A stretch of DNA of 64,000 nucleotides, from NCBI GenBank assembly GCA_964450885.1, contig CAYVFE010000002.1, positions 116,494-180,493 of the forward strand, read 5' to 3'. Positions 1 to 7,595 of this stretch are shown one piece after another. The first letter of the stretch is position 1. Every line of letters begins with the position of its first letter. Under the pieces are notes generated by a model. It saw only the letters and a program-made list of their open reading frames with translations, did no database searches and was not told the origin of the DNA. A program made the translations under genes and the position numbers. This stretch comes from an uncultured Gammaproteobacteria bacterium. GTDB lineage: Bacteria > Patescibacteriota > Microgenomatia > Levybacterales > GWA1-39-11.

Positions 1-30
1 ATATACCTCCCGGATACCTAATATAAATAT

Positions 31-513
31 ATGACTGATCAGAATAAACCTCCACAAAATTTATCTCCGGACCTGAAGCAAATTTATGATCGTGTTATGA
101 ATACGCCCGCAAAAGGAGGGGCTACTCCTACGCCACCGCCACCTGCACAAGCTGCCCCTGTCCCACCACAACCTAAGACTCCAGCTACTGATTCACAAAA
201 CCCACCATCCAGCGTGCCTGCTGGACAAAAAGTAGCTGCTCCTTCAGACAATCCATCAATCCAACCTCAACCTCCAATTCAATCAGCAGAGACTTCACAA
301 CCATTTCTCACGTCTGCTCCGCCCAGACCTCTTCAGGGATCCGTAGGAGTTAAAAGTTTTGCGTTGGGTAAAGACAAAAAAGAGGAACCGAAGGCACAAG
401 CGTCAGGGGAAAAGAAAGGTCTTTCCAAAACCCTAATAATAATACTTGCTGTGATCTTTTTCGTAGCGTGGTCTTTCTTCTGGGTAGTATTCTTCTTCAA
501 TCCCTTTGCCTAA
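31..513 (+). CDS. hypothetical Pro/Gln-rich protein with C-terminal transmembrane anchor
   Basis: 160-aa ORF. N-terminal ~120 aa is low-complexity Pro/Ala/Gln-rich. C-terminus LIIILAVIFFVAWSFFWVVFFF is a clear hydrophobic helix. No recognisable catalytic motif. Confidence 0.4.
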   Translation: MTDQNKPPQNLSPDLKQIYDRVMNTPAKGGATPTPPPPAQAAPVPPQPKTPATDSQNPPSSVPAGQKVAAPSDNPSIQPQPPIQSAETSQPFLTSAPPRPLQGSVGVKSFALGKDKKEEPKAQASGEKKGLSKTLIIILAVIFFVAWSFFWVVFFFNPFA

Positions 514-518
514 AGAGC

Positions 519-1724
519 CTAAGATTTCAAACTTGAGACTATCTCTTCTATCGAAGCGTTTTTTGAATCATTTTCATTTCTCTTTTTAACTTCAACTTGA
601 TCATTTTCCTGCCTATCAGAAACAACTATACGTGTAGGTATTCCTATCAAATCAGCATCAGAAAACTTTTGTCCAGCACTTACATCGCGATCGTCAAATA
701 GTACGTCTATTCCGTTTTCCTGAAGTTTTTCATATACATTTTGAGCTCTTTCCGATAGACCTACCAGGTGAACTTGAAAAGGCGCAACGCTTTCTGGCCA
801 AATAAGTCCTTTTTCGTCGTTAAAAACTTCCGCCAAAACTCCGACCATACGCGTAAGACCAATTCCGTAGCTTCCAAAATATGGGTATTTTTTATTTCCA
901 TCCTTATCTGTAAAGTTCACATCCATTTTTTCCGAATATACCGTCCCAAATCTAAATATATTGCCCACCTCTATAGCTGCCTCTGATCTTATCGATGAGT
1001 CGTTAAGTTCTTCCTCTGTCATAACTTCTTTATTTTTCCAATATTCCCATCCTTCCTTAAAGTAAATAGTATCCTCTCCGCTGGTAGATAGTACCTGAAA
1101 TTCGTGGGTATTTGAGTCTGTAAATACTCCTCCTCCCGCTTCTGCAACCTTAGCATCCAATCCTAATCGTTTAAAAACTCTTAGGTATGCGTCTTTTACC
1201 TCCCAATAATACTTATCTAAATCTTCCTGAGTAGTGTGCAAGCTATACAAATCTTTCATCAAAAACTCGCGACCTCGCAAAATTCCAGACTTCGCCCTCA
1301 ATTCATTGCGGAATTTGGTCGAAAAATGGTACAGCTTTACAGGAAAATCGCGGTAGGTTTGGAGATGTTTGCGGGCCAGGTCAAGCAATATCTCTTCATG
1401 AGTAAAAGACAATGCATACTCTTTATCATCTTTTCCGAACTGATACATGACTTCTGCCGCTGTTTCCCATCGTCCGGTTTCATTCCATACGCTTTTTGGG
1501 TGCAAAAGCGGCATCAGGATTTCTTGAGCGCCCGTCTGATCCATCTCTTCACGTATTATTTGCTCTATCTTACGCTCAACTAGACGTCCAAGAGGCAATA
1601 GACTGTAGGATCCTGCCATGAGCTTATCTATAAAACCAGCGCGAAGAAGCAATTTCGCATTTGTTGCGACTTCTTCACTTGGCGCCTCTTTAATCGTTTT
1701 AGGAAAAAGTGCCGAATAACGCAT
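519..1724 (-). CDS. proS: prolyl-tRNA synthetase, minimal bacterial-type without INS editing domain
   Basis: N-terminus MRYSALFPKTIKEAPSEEVATNAKLLLRAGFI...SYSLLPLGRLVERKIEQIIREEM matches the bacterial ProRS N-terminal consensus. Class II core and C-terminal anticodon-binding region are present. At 401 aa it is too short to hold the ~180-aa INS editing insertion. Confidence 0.85.
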   Translation of the reverse strand: MRYSALFPKTIKEAPSEEVATNAKLLLRAGFIDKLMAGSYSLLPLGRLVERKIEQIIREEMDQTGAQEILMPLLHPKSVWNETGRWETAAEVMYQFGKDDKEYALSFTHEEILLDLARKHLQTYRDFPVKLYHFSTKFRNELRAKSGILRGREFLMKDLYSLHTTQEDLDKYYWEVKDAYLRVFKRLGLDAKVAEAGGGVFTDSNTHEFQVLSTSGEDTIYFKEGWEYWKNKEVMTEEELNDSSIRSEAAIEVGNIFRFGTVYSEKMDVNFTDKDGNKKYPYFGSYGIGLTRMVGVLAEVFNDEKGLIWPESVAPFQVHLVGLSERAQNVYEKLQENGIDVLFDDRDVSAGQKFSDADLIGIPTRIVVSDRQENDQVEVKKRNENDSKNASIEEIVSSLKS

Positions 1725-1739
1725 GACCTAAGTATATAT

Positions 1740-2393
1740 TTAGCCCATATGGTTTGCAACCAACTGCCCTCTTTGCATCTTTAGCTCAAATATTTTCTTC
1801 TCAAGATTTCTCAGCTGGCTTTTTGCGCTATCCTTCCATGCTTCAGTAGGACCATCTACGGTTTCTGCTCCTCGCTCTTCTGATTCATTTATAGATGGAT
1901 TCACAATCAAAAGCTTTATTACTTTACCGATAACGCTTGAAAGTGTGCTCCCGAGTTGGTCTCTCAAAGCGTCTCTTTGAAGCTCAAGCAGTCTTATGGT
2001 CGTGTTCAAGGTCTCAAGCTGTTCCCTAAAGTTTTCGTTCGCTTCTGCTTCGTTCTCATTTACTTTCTCGTCTTCCTCGATGTTTCTGAGCTCCTCTCGT
2101 GCGTCTTCTAACTCTTTTGCTGCATCATCGTACGACGCATTATCGGTTAAAGAGTCCTCGCCGTCCTCCATTGATGTCTCATCATCAAAAAATATTGATT
2201 CCTCCCCAAGTGCGTCGAAGTACGCAGGATATGCTACTTCGACGCCTGCTTCTATCGCGGGGTTGGTATTTTGCTCAGAATAGCTGGTGATTCTTGCATC
2301 CATCTCTATCCCGGACTCAAAAACATCTGCCACCGGATCGACCGCTATGTTTGTCGCAACGCTTGCTGTCATAACTTCTCCTGTGTTTTCCAT
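1740..2393 (-). CDS. hypothetical acidic coiled-coil protein
   Basis: 217 aa, very acidic (D/E-rich) N-terminal half. C-terminal heptad-like region (ELEDAREELRNIEEDEKVNENEAEANENFREQLETLNTTIRLLELQRDALRDQL). No enzymatic motifs. Confidence 0.45.
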   Translation of the reverse strand: MENTGEVMTASVATNIAVDPVADVFESGIEMDARITSYSEQNTNPAIEAGVEVAYPAYFDALGEESIFFDDETSMEDGEDSLTDNASYDDAAKELEDAREELRNIEEDEKVNENEAEANENFREQLETLNTTIRLLELQRDALRDQLGSTLSSVIGKVIKLLIVNPSINESEERGAETVDGPTEAWKDSAKSQLRNLEKKIFELKMQRGQLVANHMG

Positions 2394-2751
2394 GTTGGAA
2401 GCAGTATAAGGCCGAGTAAATGATTAAACTTGATATATTGCTTATATATACCTAACAATTAGCTTATATTTGACACCTGAGATCAACATGCTAGACTTCT
2501 ATTTATGGAGCATAGTATCTGGAGCAAAGAATCTGTTATAAAAAGCCTTCCTGTCGTTGCGCCGCTCCTCAATACGCCGCGAGCGGTTGACGCATTGAGT
2601 AATGGAAGATATATGGAAGCGGCAATAGGAACCGCACTTGGAGTCGGGATCGGAGTTACCGCACGTATCATGATGCTAAGATCTATATCTAACGAAAAAC
2701 CCGCTACTCAGCAGACGACATCAGAAATATCACTAAGGGAAGGGGTTGAAG

Positions 2752-3657
2752 TTAACTTCGCCCAAGAATCTTTGCTATATGAGGCGCAAGCGACAGAATC
2801 TCAAGATTTGGGAACATCTTCTCTTCGGGGACCGGAATCGCATCAGTAATAAAAATTTTCTCAGCCTTACAGTCTGCAAGCTTCTTGTGAGCATCATTCG
2901 CAAATACAGGCTGAGTCGCGAACATATAGACTTTTTTGGCGCCCTCCGAAAGACAAGTATCCACTGCATTTACCATCGTCCCTCCTGTTGAAATTATGTC
3001 ATCTGTAACCACGCATATCTCACGTATCTCACCCTCTCCCAATCTGGAACCTGATAGTTTTCCGGTTGCAAGATCACGATCTTTGTTGATGGCGGCATGG
3101 ACAGATCCCGGAAGAAGCTCCGCAAGCTGCTTTACCCGTCTTATTCCTCCCATATCAGGACTCACGATAGAGAGTTTTTCAGGCGAAAGCTCTAGCTCAT
3201 TTATCTTGTCAGCAAATACGCTTAGCGCTGACTCCAGTCTGACATCGACCGAAAACATCTCGGAAATCTTTACAGTATGAGGATCTATTATTATGACCTC
3301 ATCAAGGCCGGTCGACTCTAATGCTCTTATAATGACCTCAAGCGCCACAGCTTCACCTTCACGGAATATGTGATCTGCCCTCGCATAACCCAGATAGGGA
3401 ATTATCGCGGTTATTCTTTTTGCGCCGCTCCGCTTTAGCGCATCTACTGTAAATAAAAGCTCCAGAGTATTACTATCTACTGGATCCGACGTAGATTTCA
3501 GAAGGTACACATCTGCATCCAATACAGATTGTTCGATTCGGATTCTCTGCTCCCCATCATCAAATATGTGTTTGTCCGGATATATGACATCTGCTCCGAG
3601 AGACTTACCCAAAGCATCAGAAAGACCACGATTATTTATATCCCCTACAAATAACAT
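2752..3657 (-). CDS. prs: ribose-phosphate pyrophosphokinase (PRPP synthetase)
   Basis: 301 aa, Prs-like throughout. PRPP-binding loop VVTDDIISTGGT and the conserved YLGYARAD region are present. Confidence 0.85.
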   Translation of the reverse strand: MLFVGDINNRGLSDALGKSLGADVIYPDKHIFDDGEQRIRIEQSVLDADVYLLKSTSDPVDSNTLELLFTVDALKRSGAKRITAIIPYLGYARADHIFREGEAVALEVIIRALESTGLDEVIIIDPHTVKISEMFSVDVRLESALSVFADKINELELSPEKLSIVSPDMGGIRRVKQLAELLPGSVHAAINKDRDLATGKLSGSRLGEGEIREICVVTDDIISTGGTMVNAVDTCLSEGAKKVYMFATQPVFANDAHKKLADCKAEKIFITDAIPVPEEKMFPNLEILSLAPHIAKILGRS

Positions 3658-3669
3658 AGAATAAATTTA

Positions 3670-3948
3670 TCAGCCACCTAGAAGGCCTTTTAGTCCTCCG
3701 CCGAGCTGCTGCATCTTCATAGCTGCTTTTTTCTGAGCTTCTTTCATGGCATCATTTAGAACGTCTGCTATATCTGAACGGTCTTCTCCGTCAACTTCAA
3801 CAGATAGCACCTTCATATTTCCGCTGACTCTTACCCTAATGTCTCCTTTTTCCTCATTTACTTCAATCTGTTCCAGTTCGCGTTCAATTTTTTTTGCTTC
3901 GTCTCGAAGTTTTTTTAGCTCTCCTGCTTGTTTTATTGGATTAAACAT
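3670..3948 (-). CDS. ybaB: YbaB/EbfC family nucleoid-associated DNA-binding protein
   Basis: 92 aa. MFNPIKQAGELKKLRDEAKKIERELEQIEV...GNMKVLSVEVDGED plus C-terminal GGGLKGLLGG is the YbaB signature. Confidence 0.8.
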   Translation of the reverse strand: MFNPIKQAGELKKLRDEAKKIERELEQIEVNEEKGDIRVRVSGNMKVLSVEVDGEDRSDIADVLNDAMKEAQKKAAMKMQQLGGGLKGLLGG

Positions 3949-4016
3949 AAATATCTAACACCTCCTTAAGTATTCATATAGACTATCAATTTTGGATAAA
4001 AACCGCAATACTAAAA

Positions 4017-5030
4017 TCAAAGATAAGCCCCTATGCCGCTTTTTTTGACAAATGCTGCTTTTCGGGCTATATCTGTACATTTTTCAAGCTGCTTCTCTGA
4101 GAGAACACCCGCGTCTCTCAAAAGCATATACTGACGCCATAGATGAGCATCTGGAATGATCTCCGGCCAGTCTGTATTTATAGTAAATAAGACATTGTTT
4201 TTTTGGAATTCACCAAATATTTTCTTGAATTCATCATAATTAGATACGGCAAGAGTTGCGATGTTTGAGCCTGGACAAACCTCCAATACAGTTTTTCTTT
4301 TAGAAAGCTCTTTCATGAGCTCCACATCCTTATATGCAAGCACGCCATGACCTATCCTGTCGGGATTTAGAGTGAGAGCATCCCACATATCATTTGCATC
4401 TTTTACCTCGCCTGTATGAACCGTAATCCCCAGTCCTGATTTTTTTGCCTTTCTGACAACCTTTTCATAATCCTTATATGAAAACTTACTGCTTCCCATA
4501 CCTGCAAAATCTATTCCCACAACCCCTCGCCTGTGATACTTTATTGCTTTCTCGATTATTATTGAATTCTGCTCAAAAGTGAACTCCCGTGCACAGCAAA
4601 GTATTACTCCTGCGCAAAGGGTTGGATACTCCAGAAGTGCTCTCTCCATCCCCCGAAGCATCGCAAGAATTATATAATCGAGGTCAGATCTTCCCTCATT
4701 GTTGTGCTTCATCGGATTTGCACGGAGCTCTATGATATCTATCCCATTCCTGTATGCTCCACTCATTATTTCATATGTAGCCTCCTCCACTGCATATGTC
4801 CCGGAAGATAAAGGGTCCAGAACCGTGTGGTAAATCCTGGAGAGATAATCATTGAGGGTCATATTCTTCGAAGAATCTATGCTTATGTAGTTTTTGAAAT
4901 CTTCAAAATTTCTAGTCGTGAGTTTTATACCCTGCGTCTGGGCGATTTTCCAAAGGATTGATGGGTTTATCGAAGCACCCAGGTGTGCATGAAGCTCTAC
5001 AAGTGGATAACGCGGAAATTTTTCCTCCAT
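4017..5030 (-). CDS. add: adenosine/adenine deaminase-family metal-dependent amidohydrolase
   Basis: 337 aa. N-terminal LVELHAHLGASI is the HxH metal-binding motif of the ADA family. A later HTGE metal ligand and a C-terminal FTINTDWP-type D motif are present. Confidence 0.65.
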   Translation of the reverse strand: MEEKFPRYPLVELHAHLGASINPSILWKIAQTQGIKLTTRNFEDFKNYISIDSSKNMTLNDYLSRIYHTVLDPLSSGTYAVEEATYEIMSGAYRNGIDIIELRANPMKHNNEGRSDLDYIILAMLRGMERALLEYPTLCAGVILCCAREFTFEQNSIIIEKAIKYHRRGVVGIDFAGMGSSKFSYKDYEKVVRKAKKSGLGITVHTGEVKDANDMWDALTLNPDRIGHGVLAYKDVELMKELSKRKTVLEVCPGSNIATLAVSNYDEFKKIFGEFQKNNVLFTINTDWPEIIPDAHLWRQYMLLRDAGVLSEKQLEKCTDIARKAAFVKKSGIGAYL

Positions 5031-5096
5031 GTTGTATCTTATAACAGCGGTTTCCGGTAATCAACCGGCTCTAAATTGGAAAGATAAATTAATCAG

Positions 5097-6161
5097 TTGT
5101 ATAATATCCAGATGTCTGCAGAGAACCAGAGACACAATGCTCCTGAGTCAAAGCCGGAAATAGTTTTGCCTAATCTCCAGGAAATATTAGTTGCAAGAGA
5201 CTATGGTTTTTGTGGCGGAGTCCCGCCTGCAATAAATCTGGCAGAAAACTTATTAGACGATAATATTCCTCTTATTACAGACAATGACATAGTTCACAAT
5301 AACGCTGTTATGGGCGAACTTCGTGGGAAAGGTTTTCAGAACGTAGGAGACAGTTGGATGGAAGATGATTTTGATGGCCGTGGAAAAAGATTTCTGGTCT
5401 CTGCACACGGCACGTCAGATGAGAGAAAAAAAATGCTTGAGGATAAAGGATTCGAGGTGTGGGACGCAACATGCAGGCTTGTAAACCGTGTACATGATGA
5501 GATAAAAACAGCAGAGAAAAATGGATTCCATGTTATATATAGAGGTGTCGCAAACCACCCCGAGACAAGAGGAAGCATGGGGGCAGCAGAAGATCCATTA
5601 AGCGTAACGCTGATTCAATCACCAGAAGACGTCGAGAAACTAGATACCGAAGAAGGGCCGATGCTACCTGTAGATAAACCTCTGATTATGTATTCCCAAA
5701 CTACTTTGATGCCATCAGATGTTGAAGATTGTGAAATCGCGATGCAGGAAAAATATGGAGATAGACTAACGCTGCCTAAGAGACGCGACATCTGTCCCGC
5801 GACAATCAACCGTCAGGAAGCTGTTGAGGAGCTCTCACAAGAAGTGGATGCTTTTATAGTTATTGGATCACCTCACAGCCACAACTCTAACGAACTTGCG
5901 CGGGTCGCAAGAAAAGCTGGAATCCCTGCTTATATGGTCGACTATCCCGAAGATCTCCAAGAAGAATGGTTTAAGGAAGTAAAAAAACTAGGCCTTACTG
6001 CCGGAGCGAGTGTTCTGGATAGATTTATCGATCCCCCACTGGAATGGTTCTTAGAGAGAAATCCCAATGTACAAATCAGGAATATGGGAGAGAGACGTGA
6101 TAAAGAATTCAAACTGCTTTCGGAAACTCAGAAACGATGGGACGCTTTAAAAGGTTTGTAA
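5097..6161 (+). CDS. ispH: 4-hydroxy-3-methylbut-2-enyl diphosphate reductase (IspH/LytB)
   Basis: 354 aa. Three conserved Cys contexts of IspH: GFCGGV (N-terminal), ATCRLVNRV (TxCPxV-like) and DICPATINRQ. SxNSxxL-like motif SPHSHNSNELARVA. N-terminal extension of ~30 aa is present. Confidence 0.7.
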   Translation: MYNIQMSAENQRHNAPESKPEIVLPNLQEILVARDYGFCGGVPPAINLAENLLDDNIPLITDNDIVHNNAVMGELRGKGFQNVGDSWMEDDFDGRGKRFLVSAHGTSDERKKMLEDKGFEVWDATCRLVNRVHDEIKTAEKNGFHVIYRGVANHPETRGSMGAAEDPLSVTLIQSPEDVEKLDTEEGPMLPVDKPLIMYSQTTLMPSDVEDCEIAMQEKYGDRLTLPKRRDICPATINRQEAVEELSQEVDAFIVIGSPHSHNSNELARVARKAGIPAYMVDYPEDLQEEWFKEVKKLGLTAGASVLDRFIDPPLEWFLERNPNVQIRNMGERRDKEFKLLSETQKRWDALKGL

Positions 6162-6165
6162 ATCT

Positions 6166-6708
6166 ATGGACCATTATAAAAAGAAGATAACTATCGCCAG
6201 ATGCGATAAGAGCGGAAAGATACTTGGTCCCATCGAACGTTGGGAAGCTCACGAAAAAGGGATACTTCACAGAGCGTTTTCGGTAGCCCTCAAATATAAA
6301 GATTATTATATAGTACAGTTCCGCAAGCATCCGGTTTTTGATGGAGTTTTGGATGTCACATCATCTTCACATCAGATATACGATCCCAAAACTAAAATCC
6401 TCCAAGACACTATAGAGGCATCCATATCGACCCTTCTCCGCGAGTGGAAAATCAGCGAAAAGGATTTCTTAGGAAAACCACGCCTAACCGGGAATGTCTA
6501 TTATAAATCCAAGGATAAATATTCTATCTACACCGAACACGAAGTTGATGACGTAGTCGAAATAGATGTAAAAAGAATTCCTGAACCGAATCTGGAATAT
6601 GCTTATGGATCGTGTCTTATGACCACAAAAGAGCTTAAAAATAGCAAAAGAATCAGCCCCATACTCGCCCCCTGGGTCACCGCAATGCTTGAAGAAAAGC
6701 TTATCTAA
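6166..6708 (+). CDS. idi: isopentenyl-diphosphate delta-isomerase type 1-like Nudix-fold protein
   Basis: 180 aa. WEAHEKGILHRAFSV matches the IDI-1 His/LHxAFS motif. The region aligned with the E. coli IDI TNSVCGHP reads DVTSSSHQ, so the catalytic Cys appears replaced by Ser. Adjacent and co-directional with ispH. Confidence 0.55.
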   Translation: MDHYKKKITIARCDKSGKILGPIERWEAHEKGILHRAFSVALKYKDYYIVQFRKHPVFDGVLDVTSSSHQIYDPKTKILQDTIEASISTLLREWKISEKDFLGKPRLTGNVYYKSKDKYSIYTEHEVDDVVEIDVKRIPEPNLEYAYGSCLMTTKELKNSKRISPILAPWVTAMLEEKLI

Positions 6709-6722
6709 AAAGACCGATAGTA

Positions 6723-6750
6723 TTGATAATTAGATACGTGGTGGTATAAT
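6723..6750 (+). promoter_or_regulatory. sigma70-like promoter (TTGATA-16 nt-TATAAT)
   Basis: ttgata at 6723-6728, 16-nt spacer, tataat at 6745-6750, preceded by TG (extended -10-like ggtggtataat). Lies upstream of the structured leader and the GC-rich small-ORF pair. Confidence 0.35.
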
Positions 6751-7010
6751 TTACATAACATTTAGATAAATAGGATAATTGCTTTCTTATGATTCTATTT
6801 GTAAATTCACACTCAACAATTTCATGAAAGTATTACTGTTGGGTTATGTTCGTTGAAAAAATGCGGAAGAATATGGGTGAATTTTCGGGCATTATGGTGC
6901 TCGGGAATTCACCCATATTACAGTGCTCTTTAGCGGATAAACCTACAGCATAAAAGAGCACTCGGAAAAGGAGATTAAACTCTCTGCCAAAAAAACACTA
7001 GGAGGTAACT

Positions 7011-7190
7011 TTGAGTCACCAATACTCATGGTGGCAGACACATGGACCGTTCGCCGATGCACCTGGGTGTTACCCATGGGCAACCAGAATCCATTGGTGG
7101 AGTCAGGATCACAGGATTCTAGCTCCAGTCGTTGCAGTTATTACTGCCTCGGCAGTAATCGTACTGGGAACAACTCCCTTCATCTTTTAG
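7011..7190 (+). CDS. hypothetical small Trp-rich single-pass membrane peptide (TTG start)
   Basis: 59 codons from TTG at 7011, preceded by ctaggagg (SD) 5 nt upstream. Reads LSHQYSWWQTHGPFADAPGCYPWATRIHWWSQDHR followed by a TM helix ILAPVVAVITASAVIVLGTTPFIF. Stop TAG at 7188-7190 sits 11 nt before the next ATG. Not in the ORF track (<60 aa). Confidence 0.3.
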   Translation: MSHQYSWWQTHGPFADAPGCYPWATRIHWWSQDHRILAPVVAVITASAVIVLGTTPFIF

Positions 7191-7201
7191 GAGGTGTCGC
7201 T

Positions 7202-7489
7202 ATGTCTCATTTGGAGCCGGCTGCAGATATCGCTCTGCAAGACCATCGGGGTCCTCCGATGTCTCGCGTAGATCCCGACTGCACGGTGTGCGACGGGAAA
7301 GGCGTCAACACGAACCCTGACACGGGCAAAATCAGATATTGCCAGTGTCGCTACAAGATACCAAAGGAGCAACCCATGACAACAACCAACAACCCCGAAG
7401 AAAGACTCTGCCCGAAGTGCAAAAGCTTCATGCAGAAAGAGGGCAACGACCTTTACTGTCTTACTTGCAACTACACAGAAAAGCGCTAG
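7202..7489 (+). CDS. hypothetical double zinc-ribbon protein
   Basis: ATG at 7202 preceded by ttaggaggtgtcgct (strong SD). 95 aa with four Cys pairs (CTVC, CQC, CPKC, CLTC) arranged as two zinc ribbons. The track ORF 7028..7489 is longer but its N-terminal 58 aa are not protein-like. Local GC (~55%) is far above the window background. Confidence 0.5.
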   Translation: MSHLEPAADIALQDHRGPPMSRVDPDCTVCDGKGVNTNPDTGKIRYCQCRYKIPKEQPMTTTNNPEERLCPKCKSFMQKEGNDLYCLTCNYTEKR

Positions 7490-7545
7490 CGACTTTCGAA
7501 GTTGCCACAAGCAAAGACAGACCCTTCCGCACCAATCAACAACTC

Positions 7546-7590
7546 GCCCTCCGGAGTCCGCTTAGCGGATGAAGGAGGGCTTTCTCTTGG
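7546..7590 (+). terminator. rho-independent terminator, possibly bidirectional with dnaX on the minus strand
   Basis: gccctcc(7546-7552)...ggagggc(7574-7580) stem with nested tccgc/gcgga stem, followed by tttctctt. Lies between the zinc-ribbon ORF stop and the dnaX stop. Confidence 0.45.
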
Positions 7591-7595
7591 AAAAA

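Noticed and set aside
768-1583. Plus-strand ORFs 768..986 and 1236..1583 inside proS
   Set aside because: Antisense to a confidently identified ProRS, with no motifs or RBS.
7028-7489. Track ORF of 153 aa spanning the whole GC-rich segment
   Set aside because: Its N-terminal 58 aa (MVADTWTVRRCTWVLPMGNQNPLVESGSQDSSSSRCSYYCLGSNRTGNN…) are not protein-like. A strong SD (aggaggtgtcgct) sits immediately before the internal ATG at 7202. A better TTG-initiated 59-codon ORF occupies another frame upstream. Modelled as two small genes instead.
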